A stretch of 42,845 bases of DNA from Clostridium sp. (GTDB lineage Bacteria; Bacillota; Clostridia; Acetivibrionales; Acetivibrionaceae), in contig DUVG01000032.1 of NCBI GenBank assembly GCA_012841175.1, forward strand, positions 1-42,845, read 5' to 3'. Below the pieces are notes generated by a model, which made no database searches, was not told the origin of the DNA, and worked only from the letters and a program-made list of their open reading frames with translations. Below are positions 37,359-42,845 of the stretch, one piece after another. The first letter of the stretch is position 1, and every line of letters starts with the position of its first letter. Made by a program: the position numbers and the translations under genes.

Positions 37359-40300
37359 TTACTCTATCTGTGCAGGGAATTTAGAGGTGTTTCCAAGCAT
37401 ATAGATTCTAAATATTGCAAAATCAATGGCATTTATGTCACCGGATGCATCTACATCTCCACTAATTGCTGAATAAGCTCCCGGAAGATTTTTAATCTGT
37501 CCTGTAAGGTACTTATTCATAAAGGCAAAATCGAGAGCATTACATTCACCGTTACCATCTACATCACCATATATAAAGATGTCAACAGCACCATCTATAA
37601 GCTTTAATCCTTTATATTCGTAGGAATTTACGCCATAGACCTTAGAGTTGCCTTTGACGAAGGACAAAGGACTAGTCTTTGTAGTAGTAACACTTTGAAG
37701 CACATCAAACTCTATATTAGCTAAAATTCCATTGTTGCTTATTGCTTGCTGTGTTCCGTTATAACAGATGTTTATGGTACCAAGAGTATTATCAATATTG
37801 TAGGAAAAAGCATTACTATCAGCTATAACGCTTCCAGAAGTTATAGTGGTTACTGAAAGAGTGGATGGATCGTACTCTAGAGTTACATCCACTTCATATA
37901 TTCCTTTTGCAGGTACATTGGATATTGACAGAGGAAGAATTTTGGTTCCTGCTTTTGGCTCCATTAAGCCACTTCCCATGTCTAATTTTATAATGTTTTC
38001 ATCTGAAGGTGAATATGAGTACATGGTATCAATTACGTCAATATCAATAATGAGATCCAGCATTCCACCCATAGTATATATTTTGTTTCCGTCAAATACC
38101 GAACAATTTCTTGCCATGACTGAAGGCAGGCTATGTTTTTCTGTCCAGGTTTCATTAACAGGATCGTATTCGTAAACACTGCTTAAGTCTATTGAATAAT
38201 CAGACCCACCAATGATATATATTTTATCGTTAATTACAGCAGTTGAGAATTGCATATATCCTTGAGGCATAGGTTCTTTAGCTGCCCAGTTATCAGTTAA
38301 CGGGTCATACTCATAGATGGAATCTAGCACTCCTGTTGAGTTGTTTCCACCTATTACATATATCTTTCCATTTAAGGTAACTAGACCATGATTAACCCTT
38401 GGAATAGGCAGGGAAGCAACTGTAGACCAACTGTTGCTGATTGGGTCATATTTATAAACACTTTGTGAAAGTTCGATACTTGAATCTGGATCGTTTAATT
38501 TTTTTTGCCCACCTACAACATATAGATAACCGTCTAAAGAAACAGCCTTGTGCATGGAAAGACCTTCAGGCATATTTGCCTTTTTAGTCCATGTCCGATT
38601 GGCAGGGTCATATACTTCAAGAACATTAGAATAAGATGTATATAACTTCCAATAATTACCGCCGCATACATAAATCTTACCGTCAATAACTCCGGATGCT
38701 AAATGTAGCTTTTCTTCGGACATTGAAGGGCATAAAGACCATGTACCTGTAGATATATCATATTCTTCTACAGTTTTTACAGGACTAAAATTCCTATTTT
38801 GTCCTCCGATGGTATATATTTTTCCATCCACAATTTCTGCAGTAAAGAAGGCTTTTTCATTAATCAAGGAAGGCTCTTGGCTCCAGCCGTCTTTTTGAGG
38901 CATATAGCAAAGATTTTGATCACTGTATGATGAGTCAACAAAACCACCTAGAATATATATATTTCCATTCTGAGTAGCAGTAGCATGCCCATAAACCTCT
39001 GAAGGCAATTCAACTCTTTTAACCTCTGAACAAGTTAGAGTATCATATTCTATAATTTGAGTTGAATTTTTTCCACCAAAGATATAGAGTTTTCCATTTG
39101 ATTCAGACACGCAAAAGTGGCTGTTCCAGTCGCTAAGGTTATTTTTTACTGTCCAATTTCCAGATGAAGGATCAAATTCTTCCACTGTTTTAAGGTTATC
39201 AGTATCGCATACTCCACCCATAACAGTAATTTTGCCATTTACAACTCCTGTGCCAAAGTTACTTCTAGCTGTTGGCATATCATTTGCACTGGTCCATGTA
39301 TCAGTGTTAGGATTATATACTTCGACACTTTTCAATGTAGTTCCGTTGTATCCACCTATTACATAAATCTTGCCATCTACACAGGCAACACCAAAATCAC
39401 TTCTTGGAGTGCTAATGCTACTCTTTACAGTCCAGCTGTCATTAGCAGGATTATATTCCTCAACGGTGTTAAGATAGGAGTTGCCGTCAAATCCACCAAT
39501 TGCATAAATTTTGCCGTTGTCTGCTTCAACCATTCTAAAACCACTTCTGTTTTGTGACATAGGAGTCTTTTGTTCCCAAGTGTCATTGGAAGGATCATAT
39601 GCTTCTACTGTATTTAGATAATTTGAGCCGTTTTTACCACCTGCTATGTAGATTTTTCCATTCTCCGATGCTGTTGCACCAAAATCCATTCTTTTAGTGG
39701 TCATAGGGCTTCTATAGGAAGTTCCTATATCGGGAATGGAGATTTTTAGAATATTGCTAGAATCGCTGTTGTTAAAATCTGTTTTAGCTCTGATGAAAAA
39801 TTCGTAATCTGTTTTTGGCATAGGATCTTTAAATATATATGTATTTGTGTCAGTGGATGTTAAATAGCTATTATTCATATATATTTCGTAGGAGGTTGCG
39901 TTTGAAACAGCATTCCATGTAAGTTTAATTCCTTCATCAGTCCAAGTATTTGTAAGGACAGGTGTGTCTAGTTGTGTAAAGTGTGTAAATGTAGAACTCC
40001 AAGCACTATCAGTTCTGGAATCCTTGGATCTTATTCTGTATGTATGTTCAGAATTATAAGCAAGATTGCTGTGAGTATAGCTTGTTTCGGAAACATTTAC
40101 AATACTCATACCGTCCACTTCTACGTCATAAGTTACTGCACCAGGAACAGCATCCCAGTTAATTGTTATGAAGTCAGTAGTTGCTGTGGCTTTTATAGTT
40201 TTTGGTGTACTGAGAAAATCCGATGAACCTACCAGTGCAAAAGGCTGAGGTCCGTGAGGTACTGAGTAACCCAATACTTCTACTGTGTATTCACCTACAG

Positions 40301-42227
40301 CAGGATTGTTGATTATTACATTCTCTACATTGTTTATTCTGTCAAAATCAGAGTCGTAAGGAAAGGTAAAATCATTTCCGTAATATGCCACTGTACCGCC
40401 TGGAGATGTTACTTTAAGATCTAGATCGTTTACCAATGCACTTGCGTTTTGTGGTGACGCAGGATAATCTGACCAAACCAAGCTTATTTTTAATGGTTTG
40501 TCGGTTGTGGTGCATGATATGGTATAACTTGATTTTTGACCTTCTGATACAGAATCGGTGTCATTGATAATTTGTGCTCCAAAGATTGAATCGTACAGAC
40601 TAACTTTTCCCCAACCTTTATCTTGGCTATATCCATTCTGATCTAAAGCACCGTTGATGACAAATGCCTTTAATAGAGCGGCACTTGGAGTTATATTATA
40701 ATTGTCTATAATATACTCTCTAATTAGGGCTACAGTACCAGAAGTAATAGGAGTAGACATAGATGTACCACTCATAAATTCATAATTTGAGTTGCCTGGA
40801 TAAGGCAAGCAGTATTGCAATAAATCAGGTATTATTGAAGATGACATTGTTGAAGCTATATACGTACCTGGTGCTACAACATCTGGTTTGATTCTTCCGT
40901 CTTGGCATCCCCTGCTCGAGAAAAAAGCTGTTTCGTTTGGATCATCAGATATAGATGAACCACTATACAATTTCATATAAGGTCTAAAATTTTCTGTTGA
41001 ACCCACTGTAAGGCAGTTTTTGGCAGTAGCTGGTGAACCTACAGTACAATCATTCGGACCCTCATTTCCTGAAGCAACCACTATAAGCATGTCTTTATGT
41101 GACCAGACAAAGCTATCTACGTCAGCACTCCATGAACCATAGGAACCAAGTGCAGCATTTCCCCAAGAATTACTGTGAATTCTTACTCCATTATCATAAG
41201 CCTCCTGAAATAGTTCCTCTAAAGAACCAGGCATGACGGAACCATCAGCACTAGCTATTTTTTGAACAACAAGATTTGCCTTAGGAGCCATACCTTTAAT
41301 TTTTCCTTGGGACATTACACCGTTTCCTACAATAGATCCTGCAACATGTGTGCCATGTCCGTTCTCATCAGCACCAGAAGAACCTATTCTGTCAATAATT
41401 TTATTTATCCTTCCAAAAAAGTCTCTATGAAGAGTTCCGTTATTGAAACCTGAGATTCCTTTATCAAGTCCACTATCGGCAACACCTACAATTTGACCTC
41501 TTCCTTCATAGCCAAAAGTTGAAACTAGCTCGGACTGTACAATACCTGAAGCTTTATTGTTATTAATTCTAAACTCAGGTACTTCTTCTATGAATTTGAC
41601 AGATTTAAGAGTAGATAGTTCTTCTACTTTATCCAATGAAATTTTAGCATAGAAATCATTTCCGCTTTGGTATACATTGGAAGCACCCAAATCTTCTATT
41701 TCACTTTTCAAATTGGTATCATCAATTCCAAAAGTACTTATTCTAACTTCTAATTCCAAATCAGATACATCAATGGATTTTACAGATTTTGCACCTATAT
41801 TTCCCATTACTTTTGACATTAGTGCAGGGTCAATTTTGTATTGGTTTTCATAGGTAAAAACATCTACAACATGGGAAAGGTTTTTCACTGTTTCTGCAAT
41901 ATCTGCAGTCATATAGCAAAGATACGAATAATCCGGTGTGTAATCTAGAAACTTCACTCCAAGTTTCATTATAGAATTTTTTACTTCATCTGTTATAGGG
42001 CCATCAAAGGATACAATATAGGGTCTTTCTTCATTTGAAAAAGCCCTATATAATGCTTGCATCCTTTTAGATGACCCCTTACCTGGTTCTAGTGTTGCTG
42101 CTTTCAGGTAAACTTTATGACCTTTACCTGAAGAATCTTGTGCTGCCGAGACATTTGTACTTACACTACCGGCAGATAAAACAATCGAAGCCGAGAGTAC
42201 ATATGCCATAAGTTTTTTAAATTTCAT
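37359..42227 (-). CDS. Secreted subtilisin (S8, Kp43-like) - 2x Fn3 - 12 Kelch repeats - cohesin - type I dockerin (1622 aa)
   Basis: Signal peptide; triad VADSG, HGTHVAG, GTSMSTP; LVWSD/LVNDLDL C-domain; 12 GG-containing Kelch repeats; cohesin-like LPLSISNVPAKGI...YDPSTL...GILANIEF; dockerin GDVDGNGECNALD / GDVDASGDINAID. Confidence 0.9.
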   Translation of the reverse strand: MKFKKLMAYVLSASIVLSAGSVSTNVSAAQDSSGKGHKVYLKAATLEPGKGSSKRMQALYRAFSNEERPYIVSFDGPITDEVKNSIMKLGVKFLDYTPDYSYLCYMTADIAETVKNLSHVVDVFTYENQYKIDPALMSKVMGNIGAKSVKSIDVSDLELEVRISTFGIDDTNLKSEIEDLGASNVYQSGNDFYAKISLDKVEELSTLKSVKFIEEVPEFRINNNKASGIVQSELVSTFGYEGRGQIVGVADSGLDKGISGFNNGTLHRDFFGRINKIIDRIGSSGADENGHGTHVAGSIVGNGVMSQGKIKGMAPKANLVVQKIASADGSVMPGSLEELFQEAYDNGVRIHSNSWGNAALGSYGSWSADVDSFVWSHKDMLIVVASGNEGPNDCTVGSPATAKNCLTVGSTENFRPYMKLYSGSSISDDPNETAFFSSRGCQDGRIKPDVVAPGTYIASTMSSSIIPDLLQYCLPYPGNSNYEFMSGTSMSTPITSGTVALIREYIIDNYNITPSAALLKAFVINGALDQNGYSQDKGWGKVSLYDSIFGAQIINDTDSVSEGQKSSYTISCTTTDKPLKISLVWSDYPASPQNASALVNDLDLKVTSPGGTVAYYGNDFTFPYDSDFDRINNVENVIINNPAVGEYTVEVLGYSVPHGPQPFALVGSSDFLSTPKTIKATATTDFITINWDAVPGAVTYDVEVDGMSIVNVSETSYTHSNLAYNSEHTYRIRSKDSRTDSAWSSTFTHFTQLDTPVLTNTWTDEGIKLTWNAVSNATSYEIYMNNSYLTSTDTNTYIFKDPMPKTDYEFFIRAKTDFNNSDSSNILKISIPDIGTSYRSPMTTKRMDFGATASENGKIYIAGGKNGSNYLNTVEAYDPSNDTWEQKTPMSQNRSGFRMVEADNGKIYAIGGFDGNSYLNTVEEYNPANDSWTVKSSISTPRSDFGVACVDGKIYVIGGYNGTTLKSVEVYNPNTDTWTSANDMPTARSNFGTGVVNGKITVMGGVCDTDNLKTVEEFDPSSGNWTVKNNLSDWNSHFCVSESNGKLYIFGGKNSTQIIEYDTLTCSEVKRVELPSEVYGHATATQNGNIYILGGFVDSSYSDQNLCYMPQKDGWSQEPSLINEKAFFTAEIVDGKIYTIGGQNRNFSPVKTVEEYDISTGTWSLCPSMSEEKLHLASGVIDGKIYVCGGNYWKLYTSYSNVLEVYDPANRTWTKKANMPEGLSMHKAVSLDGYLYVVGGQKKLNDPDSSIELSQSVYKYDPISNSWSTVASLPIPRVNHGLVTLNGKIYVIGGNNSTGVLDSIYEYDPLTDNWAAKEPMPQGYMQFSTAVINDKIYIIGGSDYSIDLSSVYEYDPVNETWTEKHSLPSVMARNCSVFDGNKIYTMGGMLDLIIDIDVIDTMYSYSPSDENIIKLDMGSGLMEPKAGTKILPLSISNVPAKGIYEVDVTLEYDPSTLSVTTITSGSVIADSNAFSYNIDNTLGTINICYNGTQQAISNNGILANIEFDVLQSVTTTKTSPLSFVKGNSKVYGVNSYEYKGLKLIDGAVDIFIYGDVDGNGECNALDFAFMNKYLTGQIKNLPGAYSAISGDVDASGDINAIDFAIFRIYMLGNTSKFPAQIE

Positions 42228-42372
42228 AAAATTAATCCCCCTAACATTTTGATAATAGTTTGTTGTACATGTACAATTCTATTTGGATTATATAGCAAGC
42301 TTGGTTGAGGGTGGATGAAAATTTGTGAAATTTTTGTGAAAAAAATTGAAATAATTTTATATCCATTTGCCA

Positions 42373-42401
42373 TTGACAAAAGGCATACATTTTTCTATAA
42401 T
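42373..42401 (+). promoter_or_regulatory. Consensus SigA promoter of tRNA-Ser
   Basis: TTGACA-N17-TATAAT, perfect match. Confidence 0.85.
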
Positions 42402-42428
42402 GTAATAGTCGCTGAAAATAAAATATTT

Positions 42429-42520
42429 GGAGAGATGGCTGAGCTGGTCTAAGGCGCACGACTGGAAATCGTGTGTACGTTAATAGCGTACCGAGGGTTC
42501 GAATCCCTCTCTCTCCGCCA
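42429..42520 (+). tRNA. tRNA-Ser(GGA)
   Basis: GGAGAGA/TCTCTCC acceptor stem, cacga-ctGGAaa-tcgtg anticodon arm, long variable arm, GGTTCGAATCC, encoded CCA. Confidence 0.97.
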
Positions 42521-42522
42521 AA

Positions 42523-42569
42523 GCAAAAAGCCAAGTACTTCAAGGATTTTGAGATACCTGGCTTTTTGC
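42523..42569. terminator. Hairpin after tRNA-Ser
   Basis: gcaaaaagccaagta...tacctggctttttgc. Confidence 0.7.
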
Positions 42570-42621
42570 GTGTGCCAAAATTCAATACGCCTATTTTTTA
42601 AGGAATGATAAAATTAAAGAA

Positions 42622-42845
42622 TTATATAGCCCTATAAAATTTCACACTTATGCCTTTATCTGTACTAATAACTTCACCTGTTATTAATTCCTGATTTAAA
42701 AAACTCAACCCATTGCTATCTGTGATAACTTTAGGATAAGTTCTAAACAGCACATTATTAGGGTTTTTTATAGCATAGCCGTTATTTTCAATATAAATTT
42801 TACAGTCATCACCTTTAAAATCTTTTCCTTCAAGAATATATCTAG
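42622..42845 (-). CDS. 3' part of a DUF3237-like protein (5'-truncated by window edge; not in the ORF track)
   Basis: Open frame RYILEGKDFKGDDCKIYIENNG...FRTYPKVITDS..LSFLNQELITGEVISTDKGISVKFYRAI*. Confidence 0.65.
   Translation of the reverse strand, partial: RYILEGKDFKGDDCKIYIENNGYAIKNPNNVLFRTYPKVITDSNGLSFLNQELITGEVISTDKGISVKFYRAI

Noticed and set aside
121-41453. The many 60-110 aa ORFs overlapping larger genes (e.g. 1634-1909, 4320-4550, 9888-10184, 14326-14613, 37846-38175)
   Set aside because: Antisense or alternate-frame to well-supported CDSs, with no recognisable motifs.
23434-42520. Integrative element inserted at tRNA-Arg or tRNA-Ser
   Set aside because: No integrase and no duplicated tRNA 3' end found by eye in the window; each tRNA is followed directly by its own terminator-like hairpin.
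42241-42585. 114-aa minus-strand ORF (GGERGIRTLGTLLTYTRFPVVRLRPAQPS)
   Set aside because: Antisense translation of tRNA-Ser and its promoter, a familiar spurious ORF.
42740-42790. Possible frameshift at the poly-T tract in the terminal DUF3237-like gene
   Set aside because: Counting bases shows the frame stays open (GYAIKNPNNVLFRT).
1-42845. CRISPR array or cas genes
   Set aside because: No regularly spaced repeat-spacer structure seen; the repeats found are protein-level (TPR, Kelch) or short local duplications.

Overview
This is AT-rich chromosomal DNA from a spore-forming, cellulosome-type clostridium (Acetivibrio/Hungateiclostridiaceae-like; inferred from a cohesin-dockerin protein and the sporulation gene set). 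The left half (1-23.5 kb) is mostly core genes: the 3' end of porB, cotS-like, fhs, yabG-veg-sipL-ispE-gntR, copZ, a glycolipid synthase, sleB-ypeB, a CPBP protease, dnaD/dnaC-like and tRNA-Arg(ACG). Two notable modules sit among them. One is an orphan quorum-sensing-like cassette: tandem-HTH XRE regulator, kinase-less AgrC-like receptor and a 40-aa AgrD peptide that the ORF track missed. The other is an AAA ATPase-PspA(ESCRT-III-like)-membrane protein-catalytically dead NlpC/P60 cluster. The right half, between tRNA-Arg and tRNA-Ser(GGA), is accessory: a sugar ABC transporter with a YesM/YesN-like pair, surface proteins, and a 1622-aa subtilisin-Fn3-12xKelch-cohesin-dockerin protein. It also holds the best candidate for an undescribed system: a membrane-anchored HTH protein and two exported TPR proteins that share a gaplessly alignable 21-aa G-x7-G, N/S/V/I-rich motif. 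The motif placement resembles amyloid-motif signalling pairs, but is predicted to be outside the membrane. All calls come from reading the sequence by eye; no searches were run.
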